Shown: positions 1 to 9,975, numbered from the stretch's first letter. The stretch is DNA of 64,000 bases from an uncultured Candidatus Saccharibacteria bacterium (GCA_964559575.1 CAZLGQ010000001.1:7067-71066), one strand, 5' to 3'. Notes: a model not told the origin generated them from the letters alone. A program made the numbers and translations.

Positions 1-653
1 AATCTACGTATGTCTTAATCGGATAAGGGTCAGGTTTAGTAAGTTTGAATTCACATCCCCAATAGATATATTTATTAAGATCAAATGGTATATATTTAAC
101 ATAATCTTCAACCTCATAAATTTCGGCATCCGGATACTGTGAATAAACCGCTGATTCTATATGTCGCCTCCATTCTTTTCTCATCCAGATAAAAAACCTT
201 ATTTCACCTTCAAAAGAAACCATTTCTAATGAAAACCAAGGTCTGGTTTTGCCATTTCTCCATTTATCTATTAACCCTCCTTCCCCTCCGGGTTGATGAA
301 AAGATTCTAATAATAACTCCATTGCTATAAGGGGTTTATTAACATTTTTTGGTATTTTTATTTCAATAACCGTTGATTCTTGGTTTAAAATAAAAGAGAC
401 CCTTTTGTAAGTTAAATAGGTGTTAATTGCCGCCATGGTAAAAACCATAGGAAAAAAGATTATTAGTATAAGAATAATGATCTTTAGTAGAAGTTCTAAA
501 TTACCGGTTGTAAATATAGTTGCCATCCATAAAAATAAAATAAGGATCAATGGAGATACCCAAATTAAAAAATAAACAACGTTCCTGATTATCTTATCAG
601 TATTATTAGGATCTTCTTTTTTATCTTTTGATTTTTCAGATGACTCCGGCATG
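1..653 (-). CDS. Partial CDS (N-terminal part only; runs off the window start): membrane-anchored hypothetical protein with a basic N-terminus followed by 2 TM helices
   Basis: ATG at 653..651 on the minus strand opens a frame with no stop down to position 1. Translation begins MPESSEKSKDKK and includes hydrophobic stretches FLIWVSPLILILFLW and IILILIIFFPMVF. This ORF is absent from the supplied track because it is truncated by the window edge. Confidence 0.4.
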
Positions 654-660
654 TCTGCCT

Positions 661-1701
661 TTATTTTACCACATGATAGTAACCATTTTCATCTCTAACA
701 AAGAAATGATCATTTTGTAAATTAACAAAGACAGTATTTTCTCTTACAAAACGTTCTTTTAAAACATTTTGAACTATTTCATCTGCGGTTAAAGGACCTT
801 TTTCTTCTAAGATCTTTTTAATAACATCTCTTACAACACCCTCAGAATAACCCCATTCCTTGAGAGCATATAACCCTCTACCAACTAAAACAAAACGAGG
901 ATCTTTTATTAGTTCATTGTGTGTGGTTGCAATGTGAGCTTTTTTATTAAAAATTTCTTCTATGGTTTTAGCTACCTCTCTAAAATGTGTAGGCTCTCCT
1001 TTTTTTCTTAATACTAAAAATGCATAGTCACGCATTCCCTTGGTGTATATATTATTTGAAGTAACTCTACCCCACTCTCCTAATGGATTTTTATCTATTT
1101 TTTTGGAAATGGATAACCATCTTCTAGCTATTTCTTCATTTTTATATTCTTCCGAAACATCTTCTAAATAGTTAAGAAACTTTTTTATTATATCAGGTTC
1201 AGATATAAGATCGTCATCTGATAAACTCTGGTAAAGTTTATTTAAAGAATTGTGTATTTTGTTTGATAGTTCCGGATCTATATGCCAACGGTGTTTAAAG
1301 TTTTCGTCTTCTTTTTCTTTATTAAAATAGTCATCTAAATATAAAAGAAAATGATAAAAGTTTTGAGTTGATTTATCTTTTGCAAGAAATTCAAGAAGAT
1401 CTGCTTCAGATACAACTTTTCCCAAGTTTTTTATAATACTATTCAGTTCATCAAATACGTGTGAGTATTTTTTGTATTCTTTAGATGATTTTATTATTGA
1501 AATAGAATTTTTTTCTATCTGACGGACACGTTCTCTAGTTATGCCATATTTTTTACCAATAGCTTCCAAGGTTTTTCTATTGGTGCTTTTTCCAAGACCG
1601 TGTCTTTCTACAATAACGTCCCTCCCCCTTTCTGATAAGGGTTGTAAAAGGTTTTTAACTACCTGTTTGGGTTTAAAAGTTACAGTAGAGATCTTAGGCA
1701 T
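661..1701 (-). CDS. Sigma-70 region 4-like HTH domain protein (N-terminal HTH, long C-terminal domain of unknown function)
   Basis: N-terminal segment HGLGKSTNRKTLEAIGKKYGITRERVRQIEKNSI resembles the sigma-70 region 4 helix-turn-helix. The remaining roughly 280 aa have no recognisable motif. Confidence 0.45.
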   Translation of the reverse strand: MPKISTVTFKPKQVVKNLLQPLSERGRDVIVERHGLGKSTNRKTLEAIGKKYGITRERVRQIEKNSISIIKSSKEYKKYSHVFDELNSIIKNLGKVVSEADLLEFLAKDKSTQNFYHFLLYLDDYFNKEKEDENFKHRWHIDPELSNKIHNSLNKLYQSLSDDDLISEPDIIKKFLNYLEDVSEEYKNEEIARRWLSISKKIDKNPLGEWGRVTSNNIYTKGMRDYAFLVLRKKGEPTHFREVAKTIEEIFNKKAHIATTHNELIKDPRFVLVGRGLYALKEWGYSEGVVRDVIKKILEEKGPLTADEIVQNVLKERFVRENTVFVNLQNDHFFVRDENGYYHVVK

Positions 1702-1820
1702 GTATTTATTATTAAATATTTATTTTAATTAATCAATCGGGATAATTATTTTAGTTAAGTTTTTCTTTTTAAATTTAAAAGAAATTTATACCATATATAA
1801 AAAAATTTTTCAAATTTAGC

Positions 1821-4800
1821 TTATATGATAATATTTATGATCCTGTTGGGAACAAAGAATACTTTTTTTATTTCTTTACCATTACACCATTTTGAAAAGA
1901 CTGGGGTTTTTTTAACCTCATCTAAAACGGTTTTTTCTTTAGAGTCTCTAGGTAGTTCTATACTACCTCTTGTTTTTCCATTTATTTGAAATATTATTTT
2001 TACATTTTCTTTTAATAGTACATCAGGGTTATATTTGGGCCAGTTTTTTTTATGAATTGAAGTTCTATTCCCAAGTGTTTCCCATATTTCTTCGGTTATA
2101 TGTGGAGCAAAAGGTGCTAAAAGAATTAAAAGATTTTCAAGATTTTCTTTTTTGATTTCTTCTTTTTCATCCATTAAATTAACCAAGATCATAAGAGAAG
2201 ATATTGCAGTATTGAAAGAAAAAGATTCAATATCTTCATTTACTTTTTTAATGGTTTTATGTAATGCGGTTTTTGTTTTTGTATCATTATTTTTATTTAA
2301 AGATACCTTTTTAGATAAATTCCAAACTTTTTCCAAAAATCTATGTGCTCCAACCGGACCATTGATATTCCAAGCTACTTCACCTTCAAAGGGTCCCATG
2401 AACATTATATATATTCTAGCCGCATCGGCTCCAAAATTCTTTATAATATCATCCGGACTTACTATATTTCCCCAACGTTTACTCATTTTTCTTCCATCCG
2501 GACCCAGTATAAGACCTTGATTTCTAAGAGCTATAAATGGTTCTTTTGTACTTACTAAATTTTCTTCGTATAAAAATTTATGCCAAAAACGTGAATATAT
2601 TAGATGCCTGGTGGCATGTTCAACACCTCCAACATAAAGATCAACCGGCATCCAGTATTTTTCCTTTTTCTGAGAAACAAATTCTTTATTATTACTAGGA
2701 TCAATAAAACGAAGATAATACCAACAGGATCCCGCCCATTGTGGCATGGTATTGGTTTCTCTTTTAGCTGAAGATCCACAGTTAGGACACTCTGTTTCAA
2801 CCCATGAAGAAATATTGGCTAAAGGGGATTCTCCGGTACCGGTAGGTTCATATGACTTAACTTCCGGAAGCTTAATTGGAAGATCTTTTTCCGGAACCGG
2901 AACTACTCCACATTTCTCACAATGAATTAAAGGTATAGGTTCACCCCAGTAACGTTGTCTGGAAAAGACCCAATCTTTTAATTTGTATGTAATTTTTTTC
3001 TTTCCTTCAACTTTCTTTCTTATCATCTCTTTTGCTTTTTCGCTTTCGATACCGGAGAGGTCTTCCGAGTTGGCTAGAACCCCACTTCCGATATAAGCAA
3101 AATCACCTTCTTTTTTTAACCATTCCATCCAGATGTCTATCTCTGCACAGGTGAGAGATTTAGCGGTCTCTTGGTTAAATTCAAGCCACTCTATATCATG
3201 TTTTTCCATTTCTACCTTTGAAATTTTCTTTCTCCTATTGCTTTTTAATTTGAAATGAACTGCAGTGGTATATGCTTTTCTGTTCTCATTTTTATGAGCT
3301 GCGTGATAATGGGCTTCCACTTGAAAAGGTGTCATCTTTTGAAATTCAAGATCAGTATAACCGGTTTCTTCTTCCACCTCTCTCTTTGCCGCTTTTACTA
3401 TATCCTCTCCTTCTTCCACTCCTCCGACTATAAATGTTCTCCAATTGAACTTTTTCCATTTTAAAAAGAGCATTTTACCGGAATCCGGATCTTCTACTAT
3501 TACATGAACAGTTTTCCTCTCCACCGTCTTTTTACCTTTTATGGGTGGAGTATATTTATCGATCCTTTTTGGATAGATGACATAATTTATTGGTAGGCCT
3601 TTTTTCGAGGCGAAATCAAAATCTCTCTCATCGTGAGCCGGAACCGCCATTATGGCCCCGGTTCCGTGGTTAGAAAGAACATAATCAGCGATCCATATAG
3701 GTATTTTTTTACCATTAACAGGATTTATTGCGTTTATTCCTTTTATTTCCACTCCTGTTTTATTTTTTTCCTCAGAAGTTCTTTGTAATTCTGTTTTTCT
3801 TTTTGTTTTATTTATATAGTTTTTAATTTCTTGTTTATTTTCTACAAAACTCCAAATTTCTTGGATCTTTTGATGCTCCGGAGCCACTACCATATAAGTA
3901 GATCCATAAAGCGTATCCGGTCTGGTAGTAAATACCGGAAGTGAGTCAGTTAAAAGTTTTTTAAGAGCCTTTTTAACCGGTAAAAGATCTTCTATGTCTT
4001 CTTTACTTCCTCCGTCTATATGTTTTCCGGTTTCTTTTGATCTATAAAGTCCTCTTAGGGGAAAATTTGGATTCAATTTTCCTTTTCTTTTAGTTGTCAG
4101 TATGACCTCTCTTTTATTTTTTTTATTTTTTATATCACCATTTGGGGTTGATAAAACCCAAACATCTTGCCAGTAAGCTTCCACTTCTCCTCCGTGTTTT
4201 TTAGCTATATTAGTATAATAACTAACCATCTTTTTACTTATCTGTTCTTTTGATAGTTTATTCTGCTCTTCTTCAGTTAAAACATTTCTTTTTACTTTTA
4301 TAGGATTATTTTTTTCACCCTTTATGTAAAAACCGGTATCTCCTGCCAGGATTGGTAAATTTGTTTTTTCTCTATAAGCCAAAGCTTTCTTTTCAGCATT
4401 TTTTAAAAGAGATACGCCTCCCTCAATAACTTCTATTTCTTTTATTCCTTTTTCCTTGGGAGTAAAAACTTTAATATCTAAACCTTCTGAGTTTAAAAGT
4501 TCCTGAACTCTTTCTTTTTTGCTTGGATTGTTACTTGCCAGAAGTATTTCTTTATATATACATACAGGAAAATCTATTTCCACACCTTGACTTTTCCCTA
4601 TCCAGTTTTTTTGAGAGTCTTTGATTGAATCCGGCCATTTATCTAAGAGATCAAGATCTTTTAAAAGGTCTTCGGCATAATCGGTTATCTTTAAAACCCA
4701 CTGTCTTACTGGCTTCTGTTCTACCTCAGAGTCACATCTCTCACAAAGACCATTTTCCAGATCTTCATTTGCTAGCCCAGTTTTACAAGACGGACACCAA

Positions 4801-5270
4801 TTTATTGGTTCGTTTGATTCAAACGCTAGACCTTTTTTAAACATCTGCAAAAATATCCACTGAGTCCATTTATAGTACTCCGGATCTGTGGTATTTATTT
4901 CACGTTTCCAGTCATAAGAAAGACCGATACTTGATAATTGTTTTTTATATCTTTCAACATTTTTTTTAACAACTTTTTTAGGATGAGTTTTATTTTTTAA
5001 AGCATATCCTTCAGCGGGTAAACCAAAAGCGTCCCATCCCATTGGGTGTAAGACATTAAAACCTTTCATCCTTAAATATCTTGAATAGGTATCTGTTGGA
5101 ACATAATTACGCAAATGACCCGCGTGAATACCTTCTCCTGAAGGATAAGGAAACATATTTAAAATGTATTTTTTTTCTTTTTTATTGCTTTCTTTGGTGT
5201 GATATAGTTTTGCTTTTTCCCACTTTTCCTGCCATTTCTTTTCTATTCTTTTATGATTATATTTCTTCAT
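1821..5270 (-). CDS. leuS: Leucyl-tRNA synthetase with two large inserted domains (ITPase/Ham1-like and Nudix)
   Basis: HIGH-type motif PYPSGEGIHAGHLRNY and KMSKS motif (RKMSKRWGN) are present. The editing-domain hallmark VFTTRPDTLYGSTYMVVAPEH and AVPAHDERDFDFA, and the C-terminal anticodon-binding region, are also present. At 1149 aa it is about 300 aa longer than canonical bacterial LeuRS. Confidence 0.9.
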   Translation of the reverse strand: MKKYNHKRIEKKWQEKWEKAKLYHTKESNKKEKKYILNMFPYPSGEGIHAGHLRNYVPTDTYSRYLRMKGFNVLHPMGWDAFGLPAEGYALKNKTHPKKVVKKNVERYKKQLSSIGLSYDWKREINTTDPEYYKWTQWIFLQMFKKGLAFESNEPINWCPSCKTGLANEDLENGLCERCDSEVEQKPVRQWVLKITDYAEDLLKDLDLLDKWPDSIKDSQKNWIGKSQGVEIDFPVCIYKEILLASNNPSKKERVQELLNSEGLDIKVFTPKEKGIKEIEVIEGGVSLLKNAEKKALAYREKTNLPILAGDTGFYIKGEKNNPIKVKRNVLTEEEQNKLSKEQISKKMVSYYTNIAKKHGGEVEAYWQDVWVLSTPNGDIKNKKNKREVILTTKRKGKLNPNFPLRGLYRSKETGKHIDGGSKEDIEDLLPVKKALKKLLTDSLPVFTTRPDTLYGSTYMVVAPEHQKIQEIWSFVENKQEIKNYINKTKRKTELQRTSEEKNKTGVEIKGINAINPVNGKKIPIWIADYVLSNHGTGAIMAVPAHDERDFDFASKKGLPINYVIYPKRIDKYTPPIKGKKTVERKTVHVIVEDPDSGKMLFLKWKKFNWRTFIVGGVEEGEDIVKAAKREVEEETGYTDLEFQKMTPFQVEAHYHAAHKNENRKAYTTAVHFKLKSNRRKKISKVEMEKHDIEWLEFNQETAKSLTCAEIDIWMEWLKKEGDFAYIGSGVLANSEDLSGIESEKAKEMIRKKVEGKKKITYKLKDWVFSRQRYWGEPIPLIHCEKCGVVPVPEKDLPIKLPEVKSYEPTGTGESPLANISSWVETECPNCGSSAKRETNTMPQWAGSCWYYLRFIDPSNNKEFVSQKKEKYWMPVDLYVGGVEHATRHLIYSRFWHKFLYEENLVSTKEPFIALRNQGLILGPDGRKMSKRWGNIVSPDDIIKNFGADAARIYIMFMGPFEGEVAWNINGPVGAHRFLEKVWNLSKKVSLNKNNDTKTKTALHKTIKKVNEDIESFSFNTAISSLMILVNLMDEKEEIKKENLENLLILLAPFAPHITEEIWETLGNRTSIHKKNWPKYNPDVLLKENVKIIFQINGKTRGSIELPRDSKEKTVLDEVKKTPVFSKWCNGKEIKKVFFVPNRIINIII

Positions 5271-5357
5271 GGATCTTAATTTTCATCAAATATCAATTTT
5301 AATATAATACATTAAAAAAGAGATTGTGACAAATTATTATAGTATTTAATAAAAACA

Positions 5358-5879
5358 TTATATCTCCCTGGAATCATAAGCCCAATGTAAAATAGCTTGA
5401 CGTTGTTTAGGTCTACATGTCAGATCCCCAAAACGACAGTTTTTACTTACTTGGGCAATATGTCTACTGATCTGTTTCCATCTTTTAATCTGTCTTTTAT
5501 CCTCTTCTAAAAGGCGTCTTCCTAAGTAATATCTACAGTACCACTGAAACCAACCTCTGGGATCATGTTTTTCATTTATCCATCCTTTTTTTCTCCAATA
5601 TGACAGAGGTTGGCTTGCATTTATCTTAAAATAATTAAGATCGGGATCATGTCTTTTGGAGCAAAGTTTGGCGTTTTTAAACCAAGATTTTGGAAACTCC
5701 TTTTTACAGTCAGTCATATATTTACCTCCAAACACCCCCATTTCAAGCATTTTTTTAGGAGAAAGATCAGGCGTAAAATCAGGATCAAAATTTTTACCTA
5801 TGGGTTCTGTTAATTTATAGGTATAACCTTTTTGCATCAGATCATTTACTTTTATTATTTTTTCTTTTTTATTGAACAT
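5358..5879 (-). CDS. Hypothetical protein (Trp/Arg-rich, conserved-looking C-terminal half)
   Basis: 173-aa ORF with native AT-rich codon usage. The only motif-like stretch is GWFQWYCRYYLGRR...DKRQIKRW, and no family was recognised. Confidence 0.35.
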   Translation of the reverse strand: MFNKKEKIIKVNDLMQKGYTYKLTEPIGKNFDPDFTPDLSPKKMLEMGVFGGKYMTDCKKEFPKSWFKNAKLCSKRHDPDLNYFKINASQPLSYWRKKGWINEKHDPRGWFQWYCRYYLGRRLLEEDKRQIKRWKQISRHIAQVSKNCRFGDLTCRPKQRQAILHWAYDSREI

Positions 5880-6318
5880 AATTTAATAGATACCAAACAA
5901 AAAGAAAAACAAAACTCCACCAAGTAGTAAAAGATACAATAAAACTGATTGTAATATACTTTTGAATTTTTCTAGGTAAAAGTTCTCCGGATCTTTTTTC
6001 TTTTTCTTTTTTTAAAAGATAGGGACTTATATAAAAAGATAAAAAAGCTCCATTAATGACAAGTATTAGAATCATAAAAAGCTGTATCACAGGGATCCAT
6101 GTTATATAATTTTGAGAATAAAAAACTACACCACCGATCAAAGTTAAAAAGGTTCCGATCCATATTAGAGGTTTGGTTACTTTATGAGTTCTGATGGTTG
6201 ATTCAGTCCAATAAGATGAATTTCTTCCTAAAAATCCATGTATATCTATAACAGTAACAGCTCCTAGAGCTATTATTAAACCGGCTATAAATATAAATAG
6301 TCCTAAAAATTCTACCAT
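5869..6318 (-). CDS. Integral membrane protein (about 4 TM helices)
   Basis: 149-aa ORF with multiple hydrophobic segments (LGLFIFIAGLIIALGAV, IWIGTFLTLIGGVVF, LFMILILVINGAFLSFY, ISFIVSFTTWWSFVFLFVWYLL). Confidence 0.4.
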   Translation of the reverse strand: MVEFLGLFIFIAGLIIALGAVTVIDIHGFLGRNSSYWTESTIRTHKVTKPLIWIGTFLTLIGGVVFYSQNYITWIPVIQLFMILILVINGAFLSFYISPYLLKKEKEKRSGELLPRKIQKYITISFIVSFTTWWSFVFLFVWYLLNYVQ

Positions 6319-6325
6319 TTATTTT

Positions 6326-6544
6326 TTATTCCTCTTCTAAATTTTTTTCAATATCACTTTTTATTTCTTCAAATTCGTTCTCTATTTCTTTTAGCCTACC
6401 CTTGCTTTCTTTGACTATTTTAGCTGCTTCTTTAACTTTTTTTAAACCCTCTTCAACATCAACTTCTTTTTGATTCTCAAACCAATCAGCTATTTCTGAA
6501 AGTTTTGATAAATTTTTATTAAGATCTATTTTTTTATTTGTCAT
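6326..6544 (-). CDS. xseB: Exodeoxyribonuclease VII small subunit
   Basis: 72-aa acidic helical protein lying immediately downstream of xseA on the same strand. Its size, composition and position are typical of XseB. Confidence 0.6.
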   Translation of the reverse strand: MTNKKIDLNKNLSKLSEIADWFENQKEVDVEEGLKKVKEAAKIVKESKGRLKEIENEFEEIKSDIEKNLEEE

Positions 6545-6548
6545 ATTT

Positions 6549-7883
6549 TTATTTTATTTTTTTAATTTTTGAAATTATATCTCCATCATAAATTTTAACA
6601 TTAATTTCTTCACCGATCTTTAATTCTTTTTTGCTTTTTATGACCCTGCCTTTTTTCATTGTTATACTATAACCTAATTTCATCTGTTTTTTAGGATCAT
6701 TGGTTTGAATAAAACGATAAATATCATTTATTTTATTTAAGGAAATATCTAGGTTATTGAAAAAACCAAGTAAACTTTTTTTATATAGATCATTTATTTT
6801 CTTTGTTTTTATTATTTCAATATTCTTAGCGAGGGATCTTTCAATAAATATTAATCTATATTTTAAGTCTTTTTTGTTTTCATATATTTTTTGATTTAAA
6901 AACTGGGTAGATAAATAAATTCTATACTCATATTCTTTATATTTTTTAAAAATAGAATTCATTACACTGTTTGCTGAATTAAAACCCTCTTCTATTTCTT
7001 TTAAGGTTTTTTTAATAACTTTTTTATATTGATCTGAAATACTTTTTTCAAGTTCTTCTATTTTTTTGTCTGCTTCGTTCCAAGATTTGCCTATAACAGA
7101 AGCAACCATTGAAGGGGTTGATTCAGATATATCTGCCGCTAAGGCGGAAAGTGGAACATCTTGATGGTGTCCAATTCCTACAATTACAGGCTTGGGAAAT
7201 GAAACGATCTCTCTTACTAATGATTTATTATCAAAACCGGCAAGTGATTGCATTGACCCCCCTCCTCTAATTAAAACTAAAACATCTATATCTTCTTTTT
7301 TAAAAGCTCTAACAGACAAAGTTAAATTTCTTCCTGATTCAGGCCCTTCAACCGGTGAATGTAATATCTTAATTTTAAAGCCTGATTTTCTTAAGTTATT
7401 ACTAAAATCATGAATAGCTTCTCCGCGTATAGAAGTAATGACACCTATTTTTTTAGGAAAATCAGGAAGGGGTCTTTTTTTATTTTCATCAAATAGACCT
7501 TCTGTTGAAAGTTTCTTTTTTAATTTATCGTAGGCTTTTTTTAACTGTCCTTCTCCAACTAATTGGAATGACTTTATATGAAAAGAGAGTTTTCCAAAAG
7601 GACCATAAAACTCGGGGTATCCCTTTGCCATTATCTCCGCGCCCACTTCAAGTTCAACACCATTTAATACATAATCACTAGCCCACATTGTACACGGTAA
7701 AATATCACCCGTTTCTTTGTCTTTTATGACCGGATAGGCATGCCCTCTTGAAGACATTTTCATTTCACTTACTTCACCGATTATATCTATTTTTAAATTT
7801 CTTATTTTTGAGTTTAAAAGAGAGATAAATTTAGAAACGGTAAATACTTCATTACTATTATTTTCAAATTCTTCAATTTCCAT
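6549..7883 (-). CDS. xseA: Exodeoxyribonuclease VII large subunit
   Basis: N-terminal OB-fold region (IIGEVSE...HAYPVIKD), conserved central motifs (GVITS..GEAIHD, LIRGGGS..LAGFD) and a long C-terminal coiled-coil tail. Confidence 0.8.
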   Translation of the reverse strand: MEIEEFENNSNEVFTVSKFISLLNSKIRNLKIDIIGEVSEMKMSSRGHAYPVIKDKETGDILPCTMWASDYVLNGVELEVGAEIMAKGYPEFYGPFGKLSFHIKSFQLVGEGQLKKAYDKLKKKLSTEGLFDENKKRPLPDFPKKIGVITSIRGEAIHDFSNNLRKSGFKIKILHSPVEGPESGRNLTLSVRAFKKEDIDVLVLIRGGGSMQSLAGFDNKSLVREIVSFPKPVIVGIGHHQDVPLSALAADISESTPSMVASVIGKSWNEADKKIEELEKSISDQYKKVIKKTLKEIEEGFNSANSVMNSIFKKYKEYEYRIYLSTQFLNQKIYENKKDLKYRLIFIERSLAKNIEIIKTKKINDLYKKSLLGFFNNLDISLNKINDIYRFIQTNDPKKQMKLGYSITMKKGRVIKSKKELKIGEEINVKIYDGDIISKIKKIK

Positions 7884-7952
7884 TTTTATTTAAAAATAAA
7901 TTTCTTGATTATTTTTATAATATAAAATTTTTAAATTAAATTGTATTGTTTT

Positions 7953-8813
7953 TTAAAAACCCTCATTAAAAGAAGAAGGATCTTCTAAAATTTCTTTTAT
8001 AACCCTCGGAAAGAAATTAAAAACATCGCTTGCTATCATTGATTCCCCAAATTTTTCGGAAGCCATGTCTCCTGCTTTACCGTTTATATAGCTTCCAAGA
8101 TAAGCCAAATCTAAAATATTAAAAGATTTTCTTGCCAAAAGTGCCCCACATACTCCTGCTAAGGTATCACCAAAACCACCTTTGGTCATAAAGGAATTTC
8201 CGGTTTTGTTTTTTAAGGTTTTTTCCCCGTTTGAAATTATATCCACCCTAGATTTTAATAGAATAGTGCTATTTAATATTTGAGCTATTTTTTTTGCTTC
8301 TTCTTCTCTACTATTTTCATTTTCAGAAGGATAGTAACCAGAAATGGATTTGAACTCATCTAAATGAGGTGTAAAAATAGCAGTTTTTTCTTTCACAATA
8401 TCAGTATCTTCAGCAATAGCTCTTATTGCTTCGGCATCTATTACCATTGGTATTTTAATTTCTTTTATTATCTCTCTAATGGCTGTAAAAGTTTCCGGAG
8501 ATCTATCTAATCCTCCGCCAATGATCAATGAATCAAAATTTTTTGATTCATTTATTACCAAAGATATATCTTTTTGAGAAAGTTCATTTTCCAAAGGTAT
8601 AGATATAATATCCGGTAAAAACAAAGAAGTATTAAAAGCTGCTCTTTTATGAGAAATAACAGTAACCAAATCAGCGCCTGTACGAAGAGCAGAAACAGCA
8701 TTAAAAATTGGAGAACCGGTATATCTTTCACTTCCGGCAATTATAAGAACTTTTCCAAAATCACCCTTGTGTGAAGAAGGTGATCTTTTAGGGTAAATAC
8801 TATTTATATCCAT
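7953..8813 (-). CDS. nnrD: ADP-dependent NAD(P)H-hydrate dehydratase (YjeF C-terminal domain family)
   Basis: HKGDFGKVLIIAGSERYTGSPIFNAVSALRTGADLVTV, GGGL and GGFGDTLAG motifs are characteristic of the YjeF_C carbohydrate-kinase fold. Confidence 0.7.
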   Translation of the reverse strand: MDINSIYPKRSPSSHKGDFGKVLIIAGSERYTGSPIFNAVSALRTGADLVTVISHKRAAFNTSLFLPDIISIPLENELSQKDISLVINESKNFDSLIIGGGLDRSPETFTAIREIIKEIKIPMVIDAEAIRAIAEDTDIVKEKTAIFTPHLDEFKSISGYYPSENENSREEEAKKIAQILNSTILLKSRVDIISNGEKTLKNKTGNSFMTKGGFGDTLAGVCGALLARKSFNILDLAYLGSYINGKAGDMASEKFGESMIASDVFNFFPRVIKEILEDPSSFNEGF

Positions 8814-8868
8814 AGTAGTATTTTAACTTCAATTTACCACTTCTCAAAATTAATTAAACTAAATATAA

Positions 8869-9975
8869 TTATATTTTAAATTCTATAACATCTCCATCTT
8901 TTACTACGTACTGTTTCCCTTCAGTTCTAATAAGTCCTTTTTCTCTGGCTTGAGCTTTTGAACCACTTGAGAGAAGTTTATCCCATTCTATGATATCGGC
9001 TTTTATAAATTTATCATGAAAATCAGAATGAATAGCTCTACCTGCTTGAGGAGCTGTAGATCCTGCTTTAATATCCCAAGCTCTGGTTTCTTTTTCACCG
9101 GTAGTAAAAAAGGTTATTAAGTTTAACATCTCATATCCTTTCTTTATTAGATCTTCTATTCCACCATTTTCTTCTCCACTTATCTCTTTTCTAAAAGCAA
9201 TTTTTTCTTCTCCATAAATTCCGGTAAGTTCTAATTCTGAAGCTGCATCTATCTCTATAATTGGTGCGTTAGGAGTATTGTACTCAATTGCAGACATTAG
9301 AGTAGGAAGTCTTTCATCTACAACATCAGTAATATTTCTATAACCTGTTTTTTTATTAAAAGCATACATCATCTTTTTACAGGTTAATAGATGAAGATCA
9401 GAAATTAATTCCTGTTCTTCTACAGAGAGGTCTTTTGATGATACGAAACGTCCTTCTTGAAGAACCGATAAAACTTTATCTAAAACCTCAGCTTCTTTTT
9501 TAATTTCAGGATCACCTTTTTTAAGATCTTTTTCCATTTTGATCTTTCTCTTATTCACAGACTGAATGTCTGCCATTATAAGTTCCAAATTAATAGTTTC
9601 TACATCCTGTCTTGGATCAACGGCACCTGATACATGTATTACATCACTGTCTTCAAAAACTCTTACTACATGAAGAATAACATCTACCTCTCTAACATTA
9701 CTTAAAAACTCATTACCTAAACCTTCTCCTTCCGAGGCGCCTTTTATTAAACCGGCTATATCAACAAACTGTGCTCCGGCCGGTATTGTTTTCTGTGAAT
9801 TAGAAAAATCACTTAAACGATTTAAACGAATATCAGGAACAGCCACTACTCCAACAGATGGATCAATAGTACAAAATGGATAATTTTCAGCCGGTACTGA
9901 TTTTTCAGTTAAAGCATTGAAAAGAGTTGATTTTCCTACATTTGGAAGCCCTACTATTCCGATTGAAAGTGACAT
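8869..9975 (-). CDS. ychF: Ribosome-binding ATPase YchF (Obg family GTPase)
   Basis: P-loop IGIVGLPNVGKSTLFNALT, AENYPFCTIDP, and a C-terminal TGS domain (GRAIHSDFHDKFIKADII). Confidence 0.85.
   Translation of the reverse strand: MSLSIGIVGLPNVGKSTLFNALTEKSVPAENYPFCTIDPSVGVVAVPDIRLNRLSDFSNSQKTIPAGAQFVDIAGLIKGASEGEGLGNEFLSNVREVDVILHVVRVFEDSDVIHVSGAVDPRQDVETINLELIMADIQSVNKRKIKMEKDLKKGDPEIKKEAEVLDKVLSVLQEGRFVSSKDLSVEEQELISDLHLLTCKKMMYAFNKKTGYRNITDVVDERLPTLMSAIEYNTPNAPIIEIDAASELELTGIYGEEKIAFRKEISGEENGGIEDLIKKGYEMLNLITFFTTGEKETRAWDIKAGSTAPQAGRAIHSDFHDKFIKADIIEWDKLLSSGSKAQAREKGLIRTEGKQYVVKDGDVIEFKI

Noticed and set aside
1970-5302. Multiple 60-120-aa plus-strand ORFs antisense to leuS (1970..2155, 2152..2520, 2343..2558, 3255..3464, 4625..4840, 5081..5302)
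   Set aside because: They lie entirely within the well-supported minus-strand leuS and have low-complexity, stop-codon-poor AT-rich translations. They are spurious. The same reasoning applies to 1541..1732, 7192..7413, 8555..8740, 11433..11684, 14340..14588, 15360..15560, 17669..17935, 21017..21250, 21596..21856, 27685..27870, 28995..29237, 29875..30213, 32430..32627, 33999..34196, 36150..36448, 36706..37869, 41015..41200, 42830..43256, 48966..49175, 52588..52872, 55057..55263, 60272..60925, 62763..63092 and 63234..63449.
5271-5357. T-box leaders upstream of leuS, cysS, trpS and tyrS
   Set aside because: The upstream intergenic regions are only 87, 141, 55 and 33 nt. That is too short for a T-box (about 250 nt or more), and no T-box consensus (AATTAGGGTGGNACCGCG) was seen.
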